This document shows positions 1-12,600 of a DNA stretch of 64,000 nt, in pieces (the first letter of the stretch is position 1; every line of letters starts with the position of its first letter). A program made the translations under genes and the position numbers. A model generated the notes under the pieces. It made no database searches, was not told the origin of the DNA, and saw only the letters and a list, made by a program, of their open reading frames with translations. The stretch is from Octopus vulgaris. Its lineage: Eukaryota. The stretch is from assembly GCA_951406725.2 (NCBI GenBank), contig OX597816.1:94426001-94490000 (forward strand), in the 5' to 3' direction.

Positions 1-451
1 ATGTAATAAATGCATGTCATTTTTGGATTTTGCGCATCAAAATGCTCCTAGTTTAAGTCCAATAATTCTGATAACAGAAAAATGTTGTTGACCTGTGCAA
101 TTAACAGACTTATTTGTTAACATCTAAATGAACACATTCATTACTGGATTCCTATGCTTTGTAGTCTTCTTTAAATAAAATATTACACATATACTCTACT
201 GACATTGTAAATATATTTCTATGTTGTTTTAGAATTCATCAACTCACACTAGATAATGGGATCTGTAAACTGATATAATGTAGATTGAATTTAGATTTAT
301 TAATAGACACATTTTTCCCTAAATCCACCAACAAATTATTCTAAAATTCATCAACCTGTATTCTCTAAAGGTCATTCTCTATAAGGGCCTTGAGTGAGAC
401 TATATCTTAATTAATATTCATGCTGTTCAAAATCTGATGAAATATACTCAC

Positions 452-604
452 CTATATCAACCGTTTCATCCGCTTTACCTCCACTGGTGCACACTGAGCA
501 GGACTTCTTGCAATTCTTCAACATATAAGCAGCATTAAGCTTGCAATGGCCTGCTTTGGCCCAGACTGGACACATAGCATTACTGTCGTTACACTTTTCC
601 TCAA
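452..604 (-). CDS. Astacin exon, ShKT domain 4
   Basis: ttacag|...|gtgagt, phase 1-1, 153 nt. Encodes VEEKCNDSNAMCPVWAKAGHCKLNAAYMLKNCKKSCSVCTSGGKADETVDI with the six-Cys ShKT spacing. Confidence 0.93.
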
Positions 605-3600
605 CTGTAAATATATGTAAGACATATTTTTGAAAAAGTGAAACTATTTGAAACCAATGATGTTGAAATTTCCATACAAATTTTTGCAGAGTTTATATGA
701 TTTAATATTGTTGTAAGTAAAACGTGTAACAAGATAGTTGTTGGTTGTCTACCAGCTTATTACTTTTCAGATACAGAGTCCCTTACCAGCTGCAAGGCAG
801 GTTGTTTTTTATGTATCATCATTTAACATCCCCTATTTCATGCTGAGATTTATTGGATAGTCTGAAAAGTAGTCAAACCAGAAGATTCCACCAAGTTCTA
901 TGTCTGCTTTGACATGGTTTCTACAGCTGGATGCCTTTCCTAATGCCAACCACTTTACAAAATGTTCTGGGAGCTTTTTACATGGTACCAGTAATCACAG
1001 GATAAGATCTCTCAAGTGAGTTAGTGTAGACCATAGGGATAAGAAGCTATGATGGGAGGATAGGAACATGTGTCCACCTGGAGAGAGAGTAGAATAAAAG
1101 GATGCAAGGTCCAGGTGCAAGGTGTGTGTGTATGTATGTATATACACACACATTTATGAGGAAGAGGCTGTGACCATGACCTTTTCAGGCCTTTCAAGAC
1201 TGAAAAGTTTGATATGTTCATTTTCTTTTTTAAACGTTTACAAGAAAGATATGATCAGGAAGAAAATCCTAAAGGCCCATTGTTCTAGGGAGGAAAGATT
1301 GGGCATAGTGGTCAATGCAGAGTCAGTATGGCTGGATGCAACAAAGGTGAGGAGAGCTGGCGAGACAAAGACAAGAGGAGTGCCTGCTTAAGGGAGGGGA
1401 GATGTAATCAACCAACTCTGAAGAACACAGGCCATTATAAAGAGTTTATATTCTTAAGAAGATAGATGTATTAACATTGAACGGTAATGAAAACAATAGA
1501 AATAATCGTCAGAAAACTAAAGAACTATTGGAATCATAGCCACTGAGGCATCCAGAGTGAAATACAAGCTGGTGATTTTTCAAGTAGCCACCAGAGCAAT
1601 ATCAGATCAATAAAATTCTAAACTAGATACTATTTCTCTTGTTTCATTTACTTGAGAGGCTATATATATAGTTTTACTGAACTTGCTTGAAATGAAACTG
1701 AATAACCCTTACCATCTTAAAGAAAGGACACATTGGACACTCTAACACTGTATGGTAACCAATAGCTGGAACTTGGCTCAGCACTCAAGAAAATTGTCCA
1801 AATGCAAATTCAGAGTAAATTAGGCATAAACAATGATGTAATTTGTTTGTAGAAATTTTTAGATTTTCACAAGATTTTCGGTAGAATTTTAAGACATTCC
1901 AGTTTTGAAGAAAATCCAGTTTCTATGTATATTTGTATGTTACACCATGTCTCATTGCAAAAAAAAAAAAAGAAGCAGAAAACAAAAATGTATGGATCCA
2001 TTGTATCTAGAAATCTTGACACAAATGTAATAAATGCATGTCATTTTTGGATTTTGCGCATCAAAACGCTCCTAGTTTAAGTCCAAACATTCTGATAACA
2101 GAAAAATTTTGTTGACCTGTGTAATTAACAGACTTATTTGTTGACATCTCAATGAACACATTCATTATTGGATTCCTATGCTTTGCAGACTTCTTTAAGT
2201 AAACTATTTCATATATACTCTACTGATATTGTAAATATATTTCTATGTTAAGTTTTAGAATTCATCAACTTCATACTAGATAATGGGATCTGTGAACTGA
2301 TATAATATAGATTGAACTTAGATTTATTAATAACCACATTTTTCCCTAAATCCACCAACAAATTATTCTAAAATTCATCAACCTGTATTCTCTAAATGTC
2401 ATCTTTCTAAAAGAGCCTTGAGTGAGACTATATCTTAATTGATACGCATGCTGTTCAAAGGCTGATAAAATATACTCACCTTTATCATCCTTTTTGTCCT
2501 CTGTACCTCCACTGGTGCACTCTGAGCAGGACTTCTTGCAATTCTTCAACATATAAGCAGCATTAATCTTGCAATGGCCTGCTTTGGCCCAGACTGGACA
2601 CATAGTGTTACTGTCGTCACACTTTTCCTCAACTATAAATAAATGTAAGATATATTTTTGAAATAATGAAACTATTTAAAACCAATGATGCTGAAATTTC
2701 CATACAAATTTTTGCGGAGTTTATAATTTAATATTGTTGTTAGTAACACGTGTAACAAGATAGTTGTTGGTTGTCTACCAGCTTATTACTTTTCAGATAC
2801 AGAGCCCCTTACCAGCTGCAAGGCAGGTTGTTTTTTTATATATTATCATTTAACATCCCCTATTTCATGCTGAGATTTATTGGATAGTCTGAAAAGTACA
2901 GTCAAACCAAAAGACATGATTTCTACAGCTGGATGCCCTTCCTTATGCCAACCACTTTACAAAGTGTGCTGAGAGCTTTTTACATGGTACCAGTAATCAC
3001 AGGATAAGATCTCTCAAGTGAGTGAGTCTAGACCATAGGGAGAAACTTAAACATTAATGAGATCACAAGGGATGTAGTCACTCGATTTGTTAGAAACAGC
3101 AACCAAATCACCCTCAAATCACACCATGATGTCTTAAAAAGGACAAGACACACTGGATAATTCTAGATACACTATGTCAGATAAAAATCTGTGCTACCCA
3201 TGTCTGAAATGTTTTTGATCATAGATATGGTCACTTAAGACTGACCTGGAGTGGAACAACAACAGCATTATTTAAATTACTCATTAAAAAAAGAAACTAA
3301 ATTGTCCACATCAGACTCACAAAAACTGAATTCCAAAAACTTACTAGAATTACAGAACAACATTCAATCTACTAAAAATAACAGCCAAATCTCCTTTAAT
3401 CCTTTGTATACCAATGTGCTTTGACTACCCCTGATATTTTACTAAATTCATCATTTTCAAAATTAAGATAAATGTATTTCAATAGAAATATGGTAACAAA
3501 AAGGTTAAATAATGCACTACGATATTGAAAAGTTAAATCAAATACTGTATATGCAATAAATAAATTGGATAATATATATTGACCACTCAGGCATAGCTGT

Positions 3601-6600
3601 ATGGTTAAAAAGCTTGCTTGCCAACCATGTGGTCTTGTGTACAGTTCTGTTGTATGGCACCTTGGGCAACTTCTACTATAGTCCAAGGCTTATTAATGTC
3701 TTGAGAGTGGTTCTGGTAGACAGAAACTAAAAGAATCCCATTGTGTGTGTATATATGTACCTTGTTTTGGCATCATTGATGATTAAATGAACATAATCTT
3801 CATGCAAGCCATGTTGTTCTTTTCTAGTCTTTGATGAAAACATGTCTGGCAATGGAGAAATACTACCTTGTTTGGAAACAAGTGAGGATTGGTGACAGGA
3901 AGGGCATCAAGCTGCAGAAACTGTCTCAACTGCAAGCATGGAAAAGTGGAGGTTACACATAATATACATCCCCATCATTGTTTATGCAAAAACCAATGAA
4001 ATAATTGGCCAGTCATAGAAGGAACACTTTTGGTCATAGGTCTATTCTGTCAAACAACAACAATATGAACTGGTGACTTCTCCATCCTAAAAACCAGCAT
4101 GCTGTTATATTAAACCTTTGTTACTTGTGAAGTCAACACAAACTAAATTATTGCTTTACTCTTACCTTCTGTACCGTTGCACTGCTTACAGGATAATTTA
4201 CAGTGTACTAACATATACACAGGGTTTTTACTGCATTCTCCAAGTCCTGCCCAATATTTACAGTCTGTGTTATTATCTTTACAATCTGAAATAGAAATAG
4301 GAAAATAGTTTAGAAGGAATAAAAATGAACCAATGTGCTGTTGCAGTAAAGATATATTTGTATTGAAAATATTTGAATATTTTTGTCCTTTATTAGTACT
4401 TTGTTCAAATGTGATACTTTGATTTTATTCACAGTTAATGGATTTTTTTTATTTTCACTTTTCTTTTCTTTTTTTTTTTAGAAACCATGAGCAGTTTGGT
4501 TTAGAAAGAAATGGATATGCAATGATGAGACATTCTTACATCAACAGACATAATGAGAAATCAATAGCTTTAAACTATTCTACAATACTTGTACCACAAA
4601 ACTGTCCCAAATTTAATATATAGGAAGAGATAAAACTGAGTTAACAAGACTCGTGTTTCTTTTTATAATACTTATTGTATCCTTTAATTTAATTATCATT
4701 ATTATAATTAGGATTGATAATTCTATCACATCTGAATTATCAAATAAGCAGAAAAAAATTACTGGCAAGTCTAAAAGCAGGACAAGATAATTGCAGCAAC
4801 TATCAGATATAATTGCTTATAGCTGCAATAACTATGTTTGAATGTGAGGAATTCATAGAGTTTGTCCAAAATTTTAATTTTGTCCTTCAATTCCCATTAA
4901 AGTGTTGTATTAAAATCATCAAGATTAACATTAAGCATTATAGAGTGAAGAACATTGAAAACCAAGATAGTAAAGTCATTGCTTCTGTAAAGGACAACTT
5001 AGGAATATTAAATCAAATAGGACCTAGCGATTTTATTTGAAGTAAAATACATGGCCTTTAGTAATTTTTACCTATATGAGATTTGAGTTCAAGTTAGGGC
5101 TTCCTTGTTTAGCTTGAAAAAATAATCCATCTTATTGTTGAAAAATTCTTCACTTGTGTGCTTTAACCCAGAATTGACCCTCCCCCGCATAATGTATTTT
5201 CAAATATTCCTTTCTGAGAAACTAATCTTTCATCCTCTATTTCTTTCCTGGCCAGACTACATTCAGTATTTCAACTTCACTCTGGAAAGCCATGGTTTTA
5301 ATTATATAGAATCCTTTCTCTCTATTTACCTCCCTTCAAGCTGGATATTAGCAACTGGATTACCAGCTAATTTGATTAAAAATCTCTTTGCTCCTCAATC
5401 TTCTAAAGTCATATTCTGTCTCTTCTGTTCATCAAACAACCAACTACCAGCAACTGTGACTATTTATCATTCTGTTTTGTAGACATTTGTTTCAATTTGC
5501 CTCTTTTTAAAGTCATTAACCTTAGTGATTTTAATACATACAACTACTTTTACTTAACTCTTCCTTCTGAGCCACATACACACTGCTGTTACGAGCTGAA
5601 TCACTTTTTTGAACTGCCTCCTCCATTAATATCCTCATTTAAATATACATACCCTGATCAAGGTATTACTTCAACACCTTATTTAAACAACAAACTCTTT
5701 CCATAATCCCTGCATATCCATCTGATAGTCTGATTTCTGTCTAATCAAGGAAGTACAGCTTATAAAGCCCTGCCCCACAAATTCTCATATTTCAAATCTG
5801 TAAAATTGTCAAAGTTATGCTGATTATCTTTGGCAGTAAAGCTGTTTTACGTCTCACCTATTGAAGACAGTCAAGTGGTTGACTGATGCTAATCTCCATA
5901 GGTGGGGTTTCCACATCTGTCACATGACCAAAGACTTTCAAATTTCAAAACTCAAGTGGTTCATTCAGAGCAATAAAGATAACAAACACTGTTTACAACA
6001 CTATGAGTGTGTCACCAACCATTCCCAATGGGGAGGAGCTCTTATTCTGACATGCATGTGAAACAACTTTCAGCAAAGCAAAAAATGTTTTCATAAATCA
6101 CATTCCCTGCAAACACTAAATTATAACAGAGTCTTCTGATCTCTTGCCAAAAGAGTCTCACCTAACTCTGCAGAATCCTCTTTACTTCCCATTCTCTATT
6201 CAAGGTGGCTGTGCTTCTACTGCTAAAAATTTACACAATTACTACTTGTTTAGTCTCCCTTTCTATGGTCTACATTCACACATACGCTCATGCATGCACA
6301 CACAAAATAGAAAGAGCAACAAAACTCTTGCATTTTCTTCCTATATTCCAACTATCCTCCATCACACACTCAAAGCAAACACAGCACTCAAGAGATAGCT
6401 GTTACCCTCACCAGATTCTTCAGACTTTTTCCATTTGTATGGATGTCACAAACTAAGGAAAACATAATGATGTGTCCCATCCCCTTACAAACACAACCTC
6501 TCTAATCCTGCTAACTAATAACCTATTGCATTCAAAATCTCAAAGAAAATAGGGAGTATCATGAACAATACACTATCTCTTTATTTTTGGCCTCACCCTT

Positions 6601-9600
6601 TTGAATAATATTTTCACTTAGATCTGAAGCTACACAGGTTTCATTAAGTGGATTGTCATTATTACATAAGCCAGTTGGCTCTATTGCATAATATCATCCA
6701 CTCGCTACTTTTGCATTATCAACAAAGATGCAATGTTGAGAAATAAGCATGATCCCAGTGTACAAATTATGTGTCAGATAGTTGGTTTCAAAGAATCAAG
6801 TGTGTTGGAGTATGAGTTGTGACTGTGGGGAAAAGGAATGGTAAAGTAAATATAGGAAGGATCTGAGGCCATGCTCAACCTCATGTACATCCAGATAGAT
6901 CCATGCACACACTCACATCGGCACACATATATACACAGTAGAAAGGAAAAGAGGAGAATAAAATGCCTCAGAGATAATGTAACATCAGTAACAAGAACAA
7001 CATCCATCACAACAATAATAATAAAATCAAAAACATTCAGTGGCATACATCAGCATGCGAAAGTGCAATGATAATCACCGTTGACAGCTATATAGTATCT
7101 GGGTCAAAGTATTTTAGTTTTGGCAGACAATGGATTCTGTTTATCTATATTAATAAAAGTGAAATTCTGTCTGCCTGAGACCCCTGTACCTCAGTCTACA
7201 TTTGCTCTACATATTATACCTTTTGAGAATCAAGATGATCCCAAGATTTAAAATCCGCCTTTCATTTGGTTCTTGAACATCCAGCATTGGGTTCTGATTG
7301 AAAAGCATTTGGGTTGCTATTTTTAGCAGGTAAAGTTAGTGTGAGAGGTTCAAGAGTTACCTCCCTTAACTTAATGTTTTACTAACGAATTTAGTGGTTC
7401 TTTTATTATTTTAATTGAACAAATCGATACCAGCTCTTGCTTTTTTATGCCTGGTACTTTTTTATTGGACTCTTTTACTGAACTGCTAAGTTACATGAGT
7501 GTAAACACAGCAATACCAGTTATCAAGCAGTGGTAGGGGACAAACACAGACACAAAATCACAATACACACACACACACACACACGCAAATATCATCAATT
7601 CCAATTTTAAAAGAACTCCAAGAATTTGTGAAGCTACAAGTTTTTCATCTAAACTGACTTTAAAGAAATACTGTATTGGTAGGGTACCAATAAATACTTT
7701 ATTACTATTGCTCTTTTTAGTTTTGGGCCACAGGCCCAATTAGCCCTCCTCAGGAAGTAGCCTAAAAGTGTGCTCACAGAGTGTGGCTTTTAAGCTAGTT
7801 CATAATGTATTCCAAAGCAAGTCAGCCATCACATTCATATACACACTTGCACACACATATCCGTAACCACACAAATATGTGTAGATGTCCACAAACACCT
7901 GTACATTAACATAACCATATACATACACACAATCAAATTACATAGCAACCAGCTGCCTTCTGATGTCACCGAACACATGTACTCAGCTACATCCATATAA
8001 GATTACAATGTGTGTATGGCTATATTTGCAAATGTTTGCATATGTAATAATAAATTATCTAAGTGCAATATGCTAGTCAATAAAATACTGCATGTTTTCA
8101 GATGTACTTAATCCATTGTTATATGGCATCAACAGTGTATTTGTGCAAGACATTTCATGTTTGGCCAATATTGCTCCAGGTGTTGCAGACCTTGGAATAG
8201 TCAATATTCAAGCTGGCAGGTATATTACTGTGAATATATGTATGCTGGTGCAAGTGTATATGAATGCATGTACATCTGCCTGAATGAGTAAAGGGATAGG
8301 TTATTCCTCTCTCACACCCACAGTTCTGCTTATACTAACTATATGGCTCATATTTTGTATTCTAAGGCATATTTCTTCACATTTAATTTTTCTATCATAA
8401 TGTTGAAAAAGTGAGTGGATGGTATTACGTATCACTCAACCAGCTTACATAACAACAACAATCCACTTATAAATACCAGTTATGTTTTCTGTATTATCAT
8501 TTCCTTGGATTCATTAGACCCTGTTAACCAATCCAACCCATGCTAGCATGGAACATGGACATTAAATGATGATGATCTCACTTTCTATATCTCTCTTTCC
8601 AAATCTCACTAACATGTTATATCATTCTTGTTCTTCAAAAAGCATTATTATTTCTGTATTATTTCCATTATTATTATTAGAAGGATTTCACCAAGGTCAT
8701 GTTTGCCTTTCTTCCTTTCAAGATCAATATAATAAGCACCAGTCAAGTACTGGGGTTGGTGAAATCAACTAGCCCACCTCCAAAATTTGAAGCCTTGTGC
8801 ATATATTAGAAAAGATTAATATTATTATTATCGTTGTTGTTGTTGTTGTTATTGGATGAGTGGGGTGTGAGTGATGATATTTTCAATTCACTAGGCTTAA
8901 TCAAACAGACTGAAAAATTATTTTACTTTACCTTCGACCGTTTCATTTTTTCCACCTTTGCATTTATCACAGGATTTTTTACAGTTAGTTAACATGTATA
9001 CAGGATTCAGTTTACACTCGTTCATCTGAGCCCATACCGCACATGACCTATGGTTGTCTCTACAAACTGTAATCAAAATGAAAAAAAAATTATTTATGCT
9101 GAGACATTTTCCTTTATATACAGCTTCTTCAGCTGATAAGATGCCTGTCTATCATCTCAATGTGACTTTGGCATATGAGTAAAGAGATGTGACTCTCTTG
9201 GAGTTAACAGATGTAAACAACAAATATTTATATTGTTGAAAATTATTTCATTACACTTGCAGTATTAAACATGAATCTTCCAATGAGCAACATTGCTATG
9301 CACTAGTTCTTGAGTAAAGTTATTCTTAGCTACTGAGTGCCTCAGAAGCTTAGATAAAATTCAGTTAATATCAGTAGTTATTTCAACATTAAAGAATTGA
9401 CTTACTCTTTTCTTCTGTAGGTTCAGTTACACCTCCATCACCACTTGTATCTGTAATAATCAATCGTAACAAAACTTGTTATACAACCAAAAACAAACAA
9501 ATTTCATTGTACAGAGCCACCTGGATTGTTCATCCCTAATATCTCTCTGCAGCTCCTACTGATCATCCTCATCCTCCCTACTAAACATGAGTAACCAGAC

Positions 9601-12600
9601 AATTCTACTACAAGAGCCCACTTCTCTCATAATTTAACCCTTTGACCCCCAGCATAAAGTCAACACCCCACTCTCTTATTCTTGGATAGTGGATTGCATG
9701 AAACTATTTAGTTTAGCCAATAACATTATTCTTCAGGTGTATGCACATGAGACTGAACTGATAACATAAGAAGAGAGAGCTGGAGGCATTCAAATAAGGA
9801 GGATCTGCTAACATAATAGTACATCATTGGTATTGTATATATATTGTACATGATAGCAGTGACATTGCTGTCAGGGGTTGGATATGAACTGGAATTGAAA
9901 CAATTTAGAATCAACATAAATTTGTTTCTCATAGACAATATTAACCAGTCTGGTTAGAGTGAAAAAACTAGGTAATTTAATTAAAACTGTCCATTTATTT
10001 AGCAAAGACATAGGAATAGAATTTGGGATAAAGTGTAGTATAACTTAAGAGAAAATAAGATGTCTGTATATGTGATAGTGTAATACGATGGTGAAGTAAT
10101 GAAGGATATTGGGAGGGGGGGGACAAGGTTAAAAAATTAACCAGAAGAAACATGATATTAACAAATATATGGAATGAGATATGAAGCAGGAATATTCAAC
10201 TGGAATAGGGGAGAATTCCTGAAGTTTGACAGTTGTAGAAACTCATGACAATGGAGCATTCCACCTTAAAAGTTTGTTAATTGGCTTTATGTATTCAGGG
10301 AAAATGGAGGAAAAGATGTGATTAGTTACTGGAAACGTAGAGGTAAGAAAATAATCTAGAATGATATGTAGTTAATCTGCATTGACGAATCAGAGCTCCA
10401 GTACTATGACATGATTAGAATGATACAGAAAAAGAATCACAACACAGACTCTTCAAGCTGAGCTAAGCAATAGAAGACCAACGGGAAGACCAAGAATGAG
10501 ATAATTGCAGAATATTTATAGTTGCAGTCGAATATGTTTGGGAATCCATCCACAAAGTCTAATGACTGCTGCTTCTGATAGGACCCTATTGAGGAGATGT
10601 CTGAGGGCTCTACTCACACAACCTTTCAGGATTAGTGGACAGGGAGGCTGGGTGAATTATTTGGGCTGTGTAAAAGTCTCTGATTTGATAAAATTACACT
10701 GATAAGGCTGAATGTAAGAGGATTAGAAGACAGGAAAAGCAGACATATCACAATGGAGACGTAGTGTGCAGACAGTTAATGAGAGATGTGGGTAATAGTG
10801 TGACTAGACAAGGGGCATGAGACTGGTTGTAAAAATCAGATCTAAAAGTTGGAACTGAAGGGTTAATCTTGCAGTACAAGAAAAGATACAAGAAGGGTTA
10901 ATCTTGCAGTACAAATTTTGTCATTAATATTGAATTGTTCATATGTAAACTTTGCGATCAAAAAAGTGAAAGCATTAAGCATGTAATGAGTGGATATAGT
11001 AAACATGTACAAAGGGAATACAAAAGGTTGCACAATAATATATTGTACATATCGTTCATTTGAAAGTATGTAAAAATATAATATTAACGACGGAAGCAGT
11101 ATTAATACCGAATGGCAACCCTTATATCCTACTTAACATAGTTGTATTATTAGAACGTCGTATACTGCGGTATTCGCCTTGAGAGATTCTCTCATATAGA
11201 CGTACGGCGCTGAAAGCACAGACATATCGTTACCAAAAGACTCGTTTGACATAGGCACTGAAACTGCTGGATCACATTCCTGCGTACATGTACTTCCTCT
11301 GTGACAGACTTCTGCCCGCCGTATGCAAGCCAAATATCCCTGCCAGATGATCCCAGTCTGCTAACAATATATGTCTCTGATCTTAGCACTACACATTTAT
11401 ATGAGAGTCTCTTTCAAGGCCAAATCTGTAATATATGGCATTCTAATGATATACCTACGTTATGTAAAAATATAATTTAGACAAGGCAAATAGGTGGCAC
11501 GATTATCAGCATAATACAATGTAAGAAAATAAGAATTTAAAATGCTGTGGGATCCCAGCATTCAACGTAAGTGATTAAGAAAATGCCAGATATTATCATC
11601 AACAAAGCAATAAAACACTACACAATAATGTATAAAGCATCTCCGATGAGAACAGAATGTATATGAAAGAATAAGAAATATCAAGATATACCAAGATGTG
11701 GAAAGACAAGTCACAAGAGTGGAATATGACAAAAGTTGAAACTGCACCATTGATAACAGATACACATGATACAGTGATAAAGAAAACTAAATTATAGTTG
11801 AAGACTAGAATTGAAATTTGAACAGAACTGTCAAAGAAAACTACATTAGTAGGAACTGCAAAGAACCTAAAGAAGCATAAAAACAAAGCTGAACTTGGTA
11901 GGATGTGAAACCAGAACGTCAAGAGTCAGAAAAAGTACTTCACTGGTACTTTATCTAGCTAAGAGAAATGAAAGGCAAAGCTGACTTCAGCTGGGTTTGA
12001 ACTCAAACGGTAAAAAGCCAGATGAAATACCACAAGGCATTGTTCCTAACACTAGCGATTCTACCAAATAATAACTCATTACTTGTAAAGCACATACCTG
12101 AACATTTTCGTATAGACTTCTTTGAGTCTGCGCAGTAACATTCACAGTCCTTTGCCACAAAACCATTTCTGGGACAAGACTTTTTCGGACAATTTCCTAG
12201 AAATATATAAAGAATTCCTTGTACTTTTGTTCGTACAACTATACATAAGAAGAAATAATAAGATATAATAAGTACTAGGCCTACAAAGAATAAGTCCTGG
12301 GGTCGATTTGCTCGACTAAAGGCGGTGCTCCAGCATGGCCACAGTCAAATGACAAACAAGTAAAAGAGTAAAAGAGAGAGAGTAATACGTTTTTATGAGC
12401 TACTATTAGTTTCATACAGTATTTTAACACCTCTGGTGTCTCGGCGCAATCTTCAGGATATATGTATCCCGGTGCGTCTACTTTTTTACTTTTGTCATCT
12501 CTCTCCCCTGTGTTTCCCCTCTCATACTTCACGTCTCAAATATTTGTATGTCAGTCCTCATTTCAATTCACTTCCAGCCCGTATTTTCACAAGTCAACCA

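Larger units (their letters stand above)
1..3041. repeat. Tandem duplication carrying ShKT exons, period about 2025 bp
   Basis: Bases 1-~1040 align nearly base for base with 2025-~3041, including intron sequence on both sides of the exon. Confidence 0.95.

Noticed and set aside
4600-6900. Short ORFs in the ShKT1-ShKT2 intron
   Set aside because: No consistent splice signals or domains; probably very old hAT and LINE debris that I cannot classify reliably.
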